Below are positions 38,871 to 48,969 of a stretch of DNA of 64,000 nt, in pieces. How positions within the stretch are numbered: position 1 is the stretch's first letter; the number at the start of each line of letters is the position of its first letter. Source of the DNA: an uncultured virus (IMG/VR IMGVR_UViG_3300030060_006061) (Duplodnaviria > Heunggongvirae > Uroviricota > Caudoviricetes); the IMG/VR virus record IMGVR_UViG_3300030060_006061, positions 1 to 64,000 of that record. One strand, 5' to 3'. Under the pieces are notes generated by a model, which saw nothing but the letters and a program-made list of their open reading frames with translations, was not told where the DNA came from and did no database searches. Made by a program: the position numbers and the translations under genes.

Positions 38871-39400
38871 AAAAATTAATTTATATTGAGGAGAACTTTA
38901 TATCTCCTGATGAATGTGAAAAATTCATAGATTTGTCTCTTAAAAACAAAGGTAATGAAATTCCTTATGGTGATGAGAGTCGTGGGGGTGATACTTTTCT
39001 TACCACTGTTGACTGGAAAAATCATGGTGCAGTATATTATGGTGGTGATGTAGACACTACTGTTCCATCTCTCGACCATGAAGTTATATCTAAAGTCAAT
39101 AATATTTGTAAAAATTTTGATTCAAATTCAAATCTTGATTATGTTGGAGTGGTAAGGTGGCCAATAGGAACTTTTATGAAACCACATGTTGATGATAATA
39201 ACATTCATAAACCTGATCTTTTCGCTGCCATGTTATATCTTAATGATAATTTTATAGGTGGATGCACTTGCTTTGAAGAGTTTAGTGTCAAACCTGAAAT
39301 TGGAAAATTAATTATATTTTCTAATTCTCACTACCTTCATTATGTTAGTAAAGTTGAAAAGGCAGAGAGATTTGTTCTTTCATTTTGGTATAATGGTTGA
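38867..39400 (+). CDS. 2OG-Fe(II) oxygenase
   Basis: HVD, LYLND.F.GG, HYV, RFVLSFW. Confidence 0.88.
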   Translation: MKKLIYIEENFISPDECEKFIDLSLKNKGNEIPYGDESRGGDTFLTTVDWKNHGAVYYGGDVDTTVPSLDHEVISKVNNICKNFDSNSNLDYVGVVRWPIGTFMKPHVDDNNIHKPDLFAAMLYLNDNFIGGCTCFEEFSVKPEIGKLIIFSNSHYLHYVSKVEKAERFVLSFWYNG

Positions 39401-39444
39401 CAAACCACCTACATAGTGTTACATTATGGAAAAGTGGAGTTTTT

Positions 39445-39627
39445 ATGGAAGAAGATTGGTTATCGAAGTGCGTGATTGATACTTGTAAGAGAAAGGTTTA
39501 TCTATATTCTGAGGGTGGTGATAAAAAAACTGTAAAATGTGACACTGTTGATGAGTTTATGAATGTTCTTAGATTTGTAAGAGCAACAGCGAGTGAAGAC
39601 ATGATATCGTACACTGATCCTCGATAG
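39445..39627 (+). CDS. Conserved cyanophage hypothetical protein
   Basis: 60 aa with GGAG RBS; TTGACA(39397)-17nt-TACATT upstream. Confidence 0.7.
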   Translation: MEEDWLSKCVIDTCKRKVYLYSEGGDKKTVKCDTVDEFMNVLRFVRATASEDMISYTDPR

Positions 39628-39763
39628 CCAGGGAAAAATAGCTTTTAATTCCAAAAAAGGTCGCCAAAAAATTCGGGCCAAAAATCGACCCTATTAGTTT
39701 TTTGCGTATCTGTTTCTTTGCTAAATAATCCATAACGGATACTATAAGTTTTGGAAAAATAAC

Positions 39764-42700
39764 ATGGGTCTTTCCAGATTAGAGAATTTTCTCAAAAATG
39801 TGCGAGGCAATATACTATATGTAAGTCCAAATGATTTGGATGCAACTGATAGTGTAGATAATAAAGGTAATTCTCTCACTCGTCCATTCAAGACAATCCA
39901 AAGAGCATTAGTCGAGGCAGCCAGATTTTCATATCAGCAAGGTTTAGATAATGACAGATTTGGTAACACAACTGTATTATTATACCCCGGTGAGCATATC
40001 GTAGATAATAGACCGGGATGGATACCAATTCCAGATGGTGTAAATGCAAAATTTAGAAAAAGAGACGGTTCAGAGTCACAAGATTTTCCTGCATGGGATT
40101 TGGACACAGTTTATGACCTCAATAACTCAAATAATGCATTATATAAGCTGAATAGTGTGCATGGTGGTGTAATTATGCCACGAGGAACCTCACTTGTAGG
40201 TTTAGATTTAAGAAAAACAAAGATAAGACCAAAGTATGTTCCAAATCCAACAAATGATAATATTGAGAGAACTGCTTTATTTCGTGTAACAGGTGCTTGT
40301 TATTTTTGGCAATTCACGATGTTTGATGCAGACCCAAATGGGGTTGCATATGTAGATTATACAGAAAATCTTTTTGTTCCTAATTTTTCACATCATAAAT
40401 TAACTTGTTTTGAGTACGCTGATGGTGTTAATAACGTAAACATCAATGACACTTTCAATACTTTAAGATTAGATCGAACAGATCTGCAGATGTATTATGA
40501 AAAAGTTGGTTTAGCATACGGAACTGCAACAGGTAGAGAAATACAACCAGATTTCCCATCATCATCAATTGATATACAACCAAAAATTGATGAATTTCGT
40601 ATTGTCGGATCAACTGGATCATCTGTTGGTATTTCAAGTATAAAGGCCGGAGATGGATCTGCGACAAGTGATACAATCACAGTTACAACTACAGAGGCCG
40701 TTTCTGGATTAGATGTTGATACACCATTTGTATTAAGTGGCATTACCGCTGCTGGATATAATGGTAAATTTGTTGTAAGTGAAAAATTGAGCAGCACTCA
40801 ATTCAAATATGAGGTGCAAAATGCTCCTGTAACGCCACTTCCACCAGTCACTGGTGCAACTATTACCTTAAACACTGATACTGTGACATCAGCGTCACCA
40901 TACATGTTTAACTTATCGTTGAGATCTGTTTTCGGTATGAATGGACTCCACGCCGATGGTCAAAAGGCAACTGGATTCAAATCCATGGTGGTCGCTCAGT
41001 TTACTGGTATTGGTCTTCAGAAAGATGATAATGCATTCTTATTATATAATTCTGCAACTGGTGTTTATGATGATGCGACTGTTCCCGGAAATGAAAATTT
41101 AAGCACAAACTCAAGAGCAATATATAAACCTGCATATGCAAACACACATATAAAATGTAGTAATAACTCTGTTATACAGGCTGTCTCTATCTTTGCGATT
41201 GGATTTACTGATCATTTTGTTTCAGAGACTGGTGGTGACATGTCAATCACCAACTCAAACTCAAACTTTGGTGCGAGAGCGTTAATATCGAAAGGTTTTA
41301 GACCAGATGCTTTTTCACAAGATGATAAGGGATATATTTCACACATTATACCTCCAAAAGAGGTGCCAATCACTGAAAATGCAATAGAATTTGATGCGGT
41401 TGATTTGGGAGTGACCGTAGGTGTGAGTTCTGACGCACATTTATATCTCTTCAATCAAACAAACGTTGATGCTCCACCTGAAAATGTATTAGAAGGATTT
41501 AGATTTGGTGCGAGAGATCTTGATACTTTAAACGTCCTTGTTCCTAATTCATCAGGAACACCAACTGAATTTGCATCAAGAATTGTGATGCCAAATGGAA
41601 ATGGTAATAATAACGTACAATATAGTTCAGAGAAAGTATTTCGAGTTGACAGAAGTTCTGCTGGAATTAATAGCATAACAAGTAATGTTATCACCCTTAC
41701 ACAGGCCCATTCTTTTGAAAATGCAGAATCTGTAAGAATTTTGAGTGATAATGGACGTATTCCTGATGGATTAGATCCAAATACGGTTTATTTTGTCATA
41801 ACAAGTGCGAATGCGACAGCTGGATTGACTACTAATAGAAATATTAAACTTGCAAAGACAGAGACTGATGCAAAAAATGCCTCTGCACTTACAATTAATA
41901 ACTTGGGTGGTTCACTTAAAATTGTCAGTCGTGTATCTGATAAAAATTCTGGAGATATTGGACACCCTATTCAATTTAGCACAACTGAAAATCAGTGGTA
42001 CGTAAACGTCTCTACTGCTGCAACAGATAATAAAATATTTGATGATGTTGTCGTTGGGTTAGGATCAACCGCTTTAGGTAGTGCAACACCAAGATCATTC
42101 ATCAAGAGAAAATCAGACACCAGAGCTGCAAACGATACAATATACAGATTTAGATATGTAATACCTGCCTCTAGTGGTGGTGCGGTAGCAAGACCACCAA
42201 CAGATGGATTCATACTACAAGAATCGAACACTTCAATTGGTTCAACCAACACTGAGGTTCAAACATACTTTGGTTCTGGAACATTAAACCATGAGAATGA
42301 GCAGAGAAACTTTAGATTTATTGCAAATGCACATTGGTCATCTAGTTCTAGTGTTGCAAGTGTATTAACTGAATTACCACATGATCTATCAGTTAATTCG
42401 AGAGTTGAATTAATTAATATTCAAAGTTCTACAAACACAGCTGGAACTGCGAACACTGGTTTCAATGGAACTTTCCATGTGACAGGTATAACAAGTGCAA
42501 GGGAGTTTACAGTTGGAATATCAACAGATCCCGGAACATTCACGAGTGATACTCTTACTAGAACCACCTCTCTTCCTCACTTCAAGAGAAAGAATTTCGA
42601 GACAACTTACTATATTCAAGATATTGAGGAAGTTCAATCATATAAACAAGGTGAGCAAGATGGTGTTTACTACATAACACCTGTCAATGCTAATAATAGA

Positions 42701-45700
42701 CCATCTGTAGATCCTTTTACAGATAATAAGTTCTCACAGAGCATTATCAATCTATTCCCTCAAGTAGATAGAGACACACCATTATCTGATCCAGATCCAG
42801 CTGTATCTTTTGCAAGGACAATTCCTATTGGTGAAGTTATAGTTGATGATGTCAAAAAGAGTATTACAAAAGAGACAATAGATAAATTTATTCGTGATGT
42901 TGATGTCGGTGTTGGAGTGACAGATGTTGTTACTGCTGTTGGAGGAACATCACATAGATTTAACACTAAGATTGATCATGGTTTAAATAGAATCACTCAA
43001 GTTAGTATTGCAAATAGTGGAACACAGTACGGATCTGGATCTGATGCAGACTTTTATAATGCAAAATTAGTAAGTATTGGAGCATCGGTAACTGGTATTA
43101 ACGCAACTGCAAAAGTAGGTGTTATTAATGGGCAGATTAATAGTGTTGAGATTATGGATGGTGGTAGTGCCTATGGTATAGGTAACACCATGAATGTTGT
43201 CGGTATTGCCACAACTGGTGATACAGGACATACATCCGCTGTTGTTCAAGTGACAAAAATTTATGATAATATTGGTGATGTTGTAAGATTAACAGGTGTC
43301 TCGTCAGAAACTTATAATCAATATAACGATCTATATCGAATCACGGAGATTCAAGTTGGTGGAGGAAAGAGTTTCACTGCAATAAGTGATAAAACCGTTA
43401 TTGGTGTCACAACTGCCGGTATAGGAACGAGTCCTCTTGATAAGGCAGCTGTTTACATAACAGGTGGTAGTTTAGGTATCACAAACATAACTTACGATCC
43501 TACAGTTGGTATAGCGACATTTACATCATCCAGTAATCATGGATTAAAAATTAATAACAAAGTTAGAGTTAATACTGGAGTCTCAACATTTAGGGGTAGT
43601 TTTGTCGTAACTAAGAACGTAAGTTCAACTCAATTTGCAGCCAGAGTCGGTACCTCACTAACCACCGCGACAAGTGTTTCCACTGGATCTTCATCCTTCG
43701 CATTTGAAGAAGGATTCTCATCAAGAGACGGAATACCAACTGTTGAGAATGAAAGTTTAAATGGAAGAATGGTTTCTCGTTATGCTGGAATCACCACCAC
43801 TTTATCATCCAATATTGCAGATGCAGTAACAACAAGCGTTAGTTTAACCAATGTTGGAGAGATTGGGGTGAGGATAGGTGATTATCTAATGATTGATGAT
43901 GAAATAGTTCGTGTTAAATCATCGTTATCAAATCCTGCAACAAACCCACTAACTGTTTTCCGTGCTGTTCTTGGAACTAGAGCAACAACTCATAGTTCTG
44001 GTGCAGTGGTTCGTCGAATCAAACCATATCCGATTGAACTTAGAAGACACTCTATCAATAGAGCGTCAGGTCATACGTTTGAATATGTTGGATACGGGCC
44101 CGGTAACTACTCAACTGCTTTACCTCAAAGACAAGATCGTGACATCACAGATCGTGAAGANNNNNNNNNNATATTATCACAAACATTTAAGCAAGAAGGT
44201 GGTGTTAACTACTTCACTGGTATGAATGATCGTGGTATCGCTTTCTCTGGAAACAAAAAAATAAGCACAATCACTGGTAAGGAAGAAATATTTGATTCAC
44301 CGATCAGAAGTGTAACAGGTGAAGATATTTCAAATAGAACTGATATTAATCTTATTAATGCAACAGAGGGAACATTTACACAATCAATTCGTGTTGATGG
44401 TGGAGATGAGGGCAAGTCAATATCTGAATTCACTGGCCCAGTTGTGTTTACTAATAAAGTAACATCGACTGCATCTCGTGGTTTTGAAGTCAATAATTTA
44501 TTCATTCAAGGTGATTCTACAGTTGCAAGAAAATATACAGTTGGAATAGCAACTCCAACTGATGCAGGAACACCCGGTGATGTTGTATTTGATGAAACAC
44601 CCACACAAGGCGATTATGCGGCTTGGGTTTACACGAATGACAAGGATTGGAGAAGATTTGGCCCAATCAGTCTTGAAAAAGATCAAAACAAATATGTATT
44701 TGATAAAGTAGGTATTGGCACAACCACTTTAAGTGGGTCAATGTTTAGAATAGGTGCTGGTTCTACCTTATTTGCAGTTGATGCTGGTATCGTTACAGCC
44801 GTCGGTGGTCTTCGTGTTGGCACTGCAGCAACCATATATCGTAATGGAAATGCGACATTCTCAGGAATTGTTACGGCAACTGCATTTGTTGGTGATGGTG
44901 CTAACCTATCCAATTTAAACGTCACAGCAGCAGGTTGGGGACAAGTTGAAGCAACGTTTGCTGGAGCTGGAAGCACAGGAATCTATGCATTTGGTAGTGG
45001 TGACGTTGACAATGCAAGAGTTGGTATCGGAACATCTGTCGCTCATTTCCCACTCGATCTTGGTAAAGATGATAAAGTCGGCACTGGATTGACAAATATG
45101 ATTGTCCGCAATGAATCTAAATTTATTGAGACAGTTACCGCGCATTCCGGAGTTAATATAACGGGCATACTGAGTGCAACCAATTATAAATTAAATGGAT
45201 CTGCTGGTATTATAAGTGCGGGTATTGTAACCACCTCAACTCTATTAGTTGGTGCAAGTGGAACTGCGATTCAAGTCACATCCGGATCACTAATTGGATT
45301 TGGAACTGCATCGCCGAGATCAAAAGTAGATATTGATGGTAGATTGAGGGTTAAGTCATTACATGAAAACGTTGAAGAACTTGACATCTCATCTGGTAAT
45401 GTAAACGTTGATTTATCAAAAGGACAATCATTCAACTTAAATATTGATGAGGCAGTTACAGGATTCACTGTTATAAATCCACCGGCAGAGGCAACAGCGT
45501 TTACGATCAAGATCACTCAAGGATCTACCGCCTTCTCAGTTGGTATAGACACGTTTACAAATAATGCGACTGGTGCAGGTGCGACAGTTTACTGGCCCGG
45601 TGGAAACGTTCCTGTTGTAACACAAGTCGCTGGAAAGACTGACATCTTCTCATTCAAGAGTTTTGATTCATGCATCGCACTCTTTGGTATAGTGGGTGGT

Positions 45701-45718
45701 CAGAACTTCTCTAACTAG
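39764..45718 (+). CDS. Very large tail fibre/structural protein (spans N gap)
   Basis: MGLSRL...GNSLTRPFKTIQRAL N-terminus, VGIGTT fibre repeats, DEIVRV..RAVLGT motif. Confidence 0.85.
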   Translation: MGLSRLENFLKNVRGNILYVSPNDLDATDSVDNKGNSLTRPFKTIQRALVEAARFSYQQGLDNDRFGNTTVLLYPGEHIVDNRPGWIPIPDGVNAKFRKRDGSESQDFPAWDLDTVYDLNNSNNALYKLNSVHGGVIMPRGTSLVGLDLRKTKIRPKYVPNPTNDNIERTALFRVTGACYFWQFTMFDADPNGVAYVDYTENLFVPNFSHHKLTCFEYADGVNNVNINDTFNTLRLDRTDLQMYYEKVGLAYGTATGREIQPDFPSSSIDIQPKIDEFRIVGSTGSSVGISSIKAGDGSATSDTITVTTTEAVSGLDVDTPFVLSGITAAGYNGKFVVSEKLSSTQFKYEVQNAPVTPLPPVTGATITLNTDTVTSASPYMFNLSLRSVFGMNGLHADGQKATGFKSMVVAQFTGIGLQKDDNAFLLYNSATGVYDDATVPGNENLSTNSRAIYKPAYANTHIKCSNNSVIQAVSIFAIGFTDHFVSETGGDMSITNSNSNFGARALISKGFRPDAFSQDDKGYISHIIPPKEVPITENAIEFDAVDLGVTVGVSSDAHLYLFNQTNVDAPPENVLEGFRFGARDLDTLNVLVPNSSGTPTEFASRIVMPNGNGNNNVQYSSEKVFRVDRSSAGINSITSNVITLTQAHSFENAESVRILSDNGRIPDGLDPNTVYFVITSANATAGLTTNRNIKLAKTETDAKNASALTINNLGGSLKIVSRVSDKNSGDIGHPIQFSTTENQWYVNVSTAATDNKIFDDVVVGLGSTALGSATPRSFIKRKSDTRAANDTIYRFRYVIPASSGGAVARPPTDGFILQESNTSIGSTNTEVQTYFGSGTLNHENEQRNFRFIANAHWSSSSSVASVLTELPHDLSVNSRVELINIQSSTNTAGTANTGFNGTFHVTGITSAREFTVGISTDPGTFTSDTLTRTTSLPHFKRKNFETTYYIQDIEEVQSYKQGEQDGVYYITPVNANNRPSVDPFTDNKFSQSIINLFPQVDRDTPLSDPDPAVSFARTIPIGEVIVDDVKKSITKETIDKFIRDVDVGVGVTDVVTAVGGTSHRFNTKIDHGLNRITQVSIANSGTQYGSGSDADFYNAKLVSIGASVTGINATAKVGVINGQINSVEIMDGGSAYGIGNTMNVVGIATTGDTGHTSAVVQVTKIYDNIGDVVRLTGVSSETYNQYNDLYRITEIQVGGGKSFTAISDKTVIGVTTAGIGTSPLDKAAVYITGGSLGITNITYDPTVGIATFTSSSNHGLKINNKVRVNTGVSTFRGSFVVTKNVSSTQFAARVGTSLTTATSVSTGSSSFAFEEGFSSRDGIPTVENESLNGRMVSRYAGITTTLSSNIADAVTTSVSLTNVGEIGVRIGDYLMIDDEIVRVKSSLSNPATNPLTVFRAVLGTRATTHSSGAVVRRIKPYPIELRRHSINRASGHTFEYVGYGPGNYSTALPQRQDRDITDREXXXXILSQTFKQEGGVNYFTGMNDRGIAFSGNKKISTITGKEEIFDSPIRSVTGEDISNRTDINLINATEGTFTQSIRVDGGDEGKSISEFTGPVVFTNKVTSTASRGFEVNNLFIQGDSTVARKYTVGIATPTDAGTPGDVVFDETPTQGDYAAWVYTNDKDWRRFGPISLEKDQNKYVFDKVGIGTTTLSGSMFRIGAGSTLFAVDAGIVTAVGGLRVGTAATIYRNGNATFSGIVTATAFVGDGANLSNLNVTAAGWGQVEATFAGAGSTGIYAFGSGDVDNARVGIGTSVAHFPLDLGKDDKVGTGLTNMIVRNESKFIETVTAHSGVNITGILSATNYKLNGSAGIISAGIVTTSTLLVGASGTAIQVTSGSLIGFGTASPRSKVDIDGRLRVKSLHENVEELDISSGNVNVDLSKGQSFNLNIDEAVTGFTVINPPAEATAFTIKITQGSTAFSVGIDTFTNNATGAGATVYWPGGNVPVVTQVAGKTDIFSFKSFDSCIALFGIVGGQNFSN
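44161..44170. other. Assembly gap
   Basis: 10 N. Confidence 1.
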
Positions 45719-45726
45719 GAGGACAT

Positions 45727-47640
45727 ATGAGTAATAAAATATGGGATGATAAACCCACCGATCTGACATTAAACGGCCCTAGATTATCAATAACTTCTGA
45801 CACAACTCGTAATATTTCCCTAATAGCACCTAATGGTCAAACTGGTGGTGGTGTCACGGATCAAACTTCAGTTACTTTTTCAGTGACTGGAGTTTCTACT
45901 TTTCCTGATGGAACGAGTGCTGATGGTGGTATATCATATGAGTGGTTTGAAATCAACGATGGTGCGATTGGAGTATCTACTAGGTTTACAGGAGCAGGGA
46001 CAAGTTCACTTACATTAACTCATGCCCTTAGTCCAGAGGATAATGGAAAACAATATTTTAGCAGATTAACATTTACACCAGACAATGTTTCTTCGGGAGG
46101 AACATCCGGCATATCTTTGATTCCAACTCTTGATTCTTCACCCATAGGTGTTGACATTACACCAGAATTATTCATATCGGCAGGTATAACAACAGCGACC
46201 GTATCCGTAGATCAAGAAGCATCATTTAGTTGTTTAGGTGGCATAAATCGTGATAAAGTTTCATCATATGATACTGGACAGGAAAGTAGTATTGCATATC
46301 AATGGTATTTTGATGGAAACACACTTTCTGATGGAACACTTAAAGTTGAAACACCTGCAACCACAGTTACAAAAACCTTTGGTATTGGAGATCATACTTT
46401 AATCATACCTGATGATGCACTTAACGTGACAGTGCGTGTTGTTGGTGGTGCAGGTGGATCAGGTGGAAATGACGCAGGATCAAATGGTGGAAGTGGTGGA
46501 CAAGGTAGAGTTGGTAAATTCTCACTACCAAATGGTGGTAGAAAATTAACTATAAATGTTGGTGGCCGTGGTAACAATGGTGGTGGAGGAGGAAATAGAT
46601 CTGGAGGTTCTGGAGGTTCATCACCAGTTAGTAGAGGTGGAAATGGTGGTAACTCTGGTGATAGAGGATCATCAGGATCTGGTGGTGGAGGTGCAGGAGG
46701 AGTATTTGTATTTGATAGCGTAAGTAATGGTTACATTATCGCTACTGGAGGTGGCGGTGGAGCCGCAGGAGGATCTCTTAACAGAGGTAATGCACCTAAT
46801 GGGGGAAATGCTGGTGATTGGCAATCTGTAAGTTCAATTTCAGGAATAACAAACGGAAGTAATGGAAATAAACCCGGCGGTGACGGCGGCGGCGGCGGCG
46901 GTGGCGGTGGAGGCTACCGTGGTGGATCTGGTGGTGCTGCTGGATCCGATGGTGGTGGTGGTGGAGGAGGCCCATGCTTTAGTGCTGATACTCGCGTGTT
47001 AATGTGGCCTGCTCCAACTGTATCTTTCGGTGATTTAGTTGAGAGACCAATATCTGAAGTAAAGGTTGGTGATTATGTAATAAACAAAGACCGTACATCA
47101 AAGAACAAAGTCACATTCATTGAGGAGCATAATCCAAGTTCAAAAGATCCAGATCTTTATTCACCAAATGAAAATATACCTCCATTTGCAACAACTAATC
47201 ATCCATTATTTGTTGATGGTGAGTGGGTTGCAGTTGATGTTGACCTATATCCATGGTTAGGTAAACAAAGACCATTAAGAGATGCCAGTATAGAGGAGAC
47301 TGGAAATAGAAAACTCTATAATCTTTGGTTATCGGGTGATGGAACTTATAATGTGAATGGTTTTGGAACACACTCCATAATGTTTGATGGTGGATTTATG
47401 AAAAATTGTTTTGCTCAAGGATTGTTAACTCATGATGAAGTGATGAGTTTAATGAGGAATTATACATATGATCAAACTGATCTCGTGACAGGGGCATTCT
47501 TACTCAATAAATTATTAGGGAAGATAAATTTAAAAATGTTAAATAAATTTATGATTTATTGTTTGAGAGGAAATGACACATCAAAAAGAAAGAAGATTGT
47601 TCATAAGGTAATGAAATACTTACAAAGAGGTTACAACTAA
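45727..47640 (+). CDS. Ig-like plus glycine-rich tail protein with C-terminal Hint domain
   Basis: ISYEWFE and IAYQWYF Ig-like motifs, Gly-rich block, then CFSADTRV...TTNHP...YNL...THS. Confidence 0.85.
   Translation: MSNKIWDDKPTDLTLNGPRLSITSDTTRNISLIAPNGQTGGGVTDQTSVTFSVTGVSTFPDGTSADGGISYEWFEINDGAIGVSTRFTGAGTSSLTLTHALSPEDNGKQYFSRLTFTPDNVSSGGTSGISLIPTLDSSPIGVDITPELFISAGITTATVSVDQEASFSCLGGINRDKVSSYDTGQESSIAYQWYFDGNTLSDGTLKVETPATTVTKTFGIGDHTLIIPDDALNVTVRVVGGAGGSGGNDAGSNGGSGGQGRVGKFSLPNGGRKLTINVGGRGNNGGGGGNRSGGSGGSSPVSRGGNGGNSGDRGSSGSGGGGAGGVFVFDSVSNGYIIATGGGGGAAGGSLNRGNAPNGGNAGDWQSVSSISGITNGSNGNKPGGDGGGGGGGGGGYRGGSGGAAGSDGGGGGGGPCFSADTRVLMWPAPTVSFGDLVERPISEVKVGDYVINKDRTSKNKVTFIEEHNPSSKDPDLYSPNENIPPFATTNHPLFVDGEWVAVDVDLYPWLGKQRPLRDASIEETGNRKLYNLWLSGDGTYNVNGFGTHSIMFDGGFMKNCFAQGLLTHDEVMSLMRNYTYDQTDLVTGAFLLNKLLGKINLKMLNKFMIYCLRGNDTSKRKKIVHKVMKYLQRGYN
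46975..47376 (+). other. Hint (Hedgehog/intein) domain, about 134 aa, no endonuclease
   Basis: Block A CFSADTRV, ISEVKVGDYV, block B TTNHP, block F/G LYNL...TYNVNG..THS. Confidence 0.85.
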
Positions 47641-48932
47641 TGTCAAATGCAGGAAGAGGTGGAGGAGGTGAGAGTGCCTATAATACTAATATAGTCACAT
47701 TAACAGGTCAAAACTCTGCGAACGGAATAGATCCCACGGTCGAAGTAACTTATACGTCAGCAGAGGAAGGTGCTGGTAATGAGGTTATTATAACAAACAT
47801 AACTGTTTCAGGTGCGACAACTCCAAATTTAAAATTATCAGCTGACGGACTTACAACAAATGAAATAAAGTGTAAGATAAGTCAACCTAATTCTGTGTTA
47901 AACAAAGCTGATGCAGATGGAAGCACCGTGTTATCTGCAGGAACTATTGATAGTGGATCAAATATAGGTTTAGTAACGAAAACGGTTGATTTTGAGGTCA
48001 TAAGTGCCACAAACAAATCCATATCTTTTGTTAATTCGGAAATTGTCGATGATAAAGACTCAAGTGTGCATTCATCATCCTCAACAAATTTATTTCTTAA
48101 TGACATTATTTTTGAAGGTCAACAGACAGATCCTGCATCATCAGGAAGGACATTTATCATATATCCACCTGATGAAAATATAAGTGTTAAAATTTCAATG
48201 GCTGGATCCCGTGGTTTTGATTTTAATGGTAACAAAGGTGGTAATGGTGGAGTCACTATTTTTACTTATACTCTTCAAAAAAATACAGAGTATGTTTTTA
48301 AATTAGGATATACTGTTTCTCCTCCAACATCTTTAGGTAGAGGTGGATCGGGAGCTTTCTTTTATGAAAAGGGTAGGTTATTAGTAGCATGCGGTGGTGG
48401 TGGAGCGTCTGGATGGTACGGTGGAAACGGAGGCACTGGTGGAGGTGCAGGAGTTGCTGGTGGATCGGGTAGTGGATCATCAGGTGGTTCAGGTGGTGAA
48501 TCTGTTTCAGCAGGACAATTAACTTCAGAGGGTGTTGTTCCAACATCAGGTTCCGCAGGAAAAGCTGAATCTTGCACAACTGGTGATTATTGGTTAGGGC
48601 AAGGTGTTGATGCGTGTAGTGATGTTGGAAATGTTAAATTTAGAACATTTGATGGAACAGAAGTTTCAAGTTCTGCCACAATACAAAGAGGATATAAAGC
48701 AGATGGAGGCCCAGAAAATGGATTTAGATTTAATGGAGAGAGTAGTTTTAATGAAGTAAATGGCACATATGTTGGTGGTGGTGGAGCAGGAGCATTTGGT
48801 GGTGGAGCAGCTGCGTCAACAAACTCTGGTGGTGGAGGAGGGAGTGGATATACAAACGGAAGTGTTAATATAATACGAACTTCTTCTGAGAATGAATTGC
48901 AAACTGCCTTCGCACAGATTGAATTACTATAA
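47640..48932 (+). CDS. Glycine-rich tail protein (continuation of previous gene)
   Basis: Starts MSNAGRGGGGESAY; contains a second complete Gly-rich domain. Confidence 0.8.
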   Translation: MSNAGRGGGGESAYNTNIVTLTGQNSANGIDPTVEVTYTSAEEGAGNEVIITNITVSGATTPNLKLSADGLTTNEIKCKISQPNSVLNKADADGSTVLSAGTIDSGSNIGLVTKTVDFEVISATNKSISFVNSEIVDDKDSSVHSSSSTNLFLNDIIFEGQQTDPASSGRTFIIYPPDENISVKISMAGSRGFDFNGNKGGNGGVTIFTYTLQKNTEYVFKLGYTVSPPTSLGRGGSGAFFYEKGRLLVACGGGGASGWYGGNGGTGGGAGVAGGSGSGSSGGSGGESVSAGQLTSEGVVPTSGSAGKAESCTTGDYWLGQGVDACSDVGNVKFRTFDGTEVSSSATIQRGYKADGGPENGFRFNGESSFNEVNGTYVGGGGAGAFGGGAAASTNSGGGGGSGYTNGSVNIIRTSSENELQTAFAQIELL

Positions 48933-48935
48933 ATA
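48928..48935 (+). promoter_or_regulatory. T4-type late promoter
   Basis: TATAAATA about 35 nt upstream of ATG 48970. Confidence 0.75.
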
Positions 48936-48969
48936 ATTAGAGCAAAAAATAGGGGGAGAGTGAACCCGA

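Noticed and set aside
44161..44170. Frameshift or recoding in the giant fibre gene
   Set aside because: This is an N gap of arbitrary length and cannot be interpreted
46885..46910. GGC trinucleotide run as a phase-variation locus
   Set aside because: In-frame poly-Gly; slippage would not change frame
46975..47640. Canonical cis-splicing intein with homing endonuclease
   Set aside because: No terminal Asn/Gln, no endonuclease motifs, and the downstream sequence is not the continuation of the host protein
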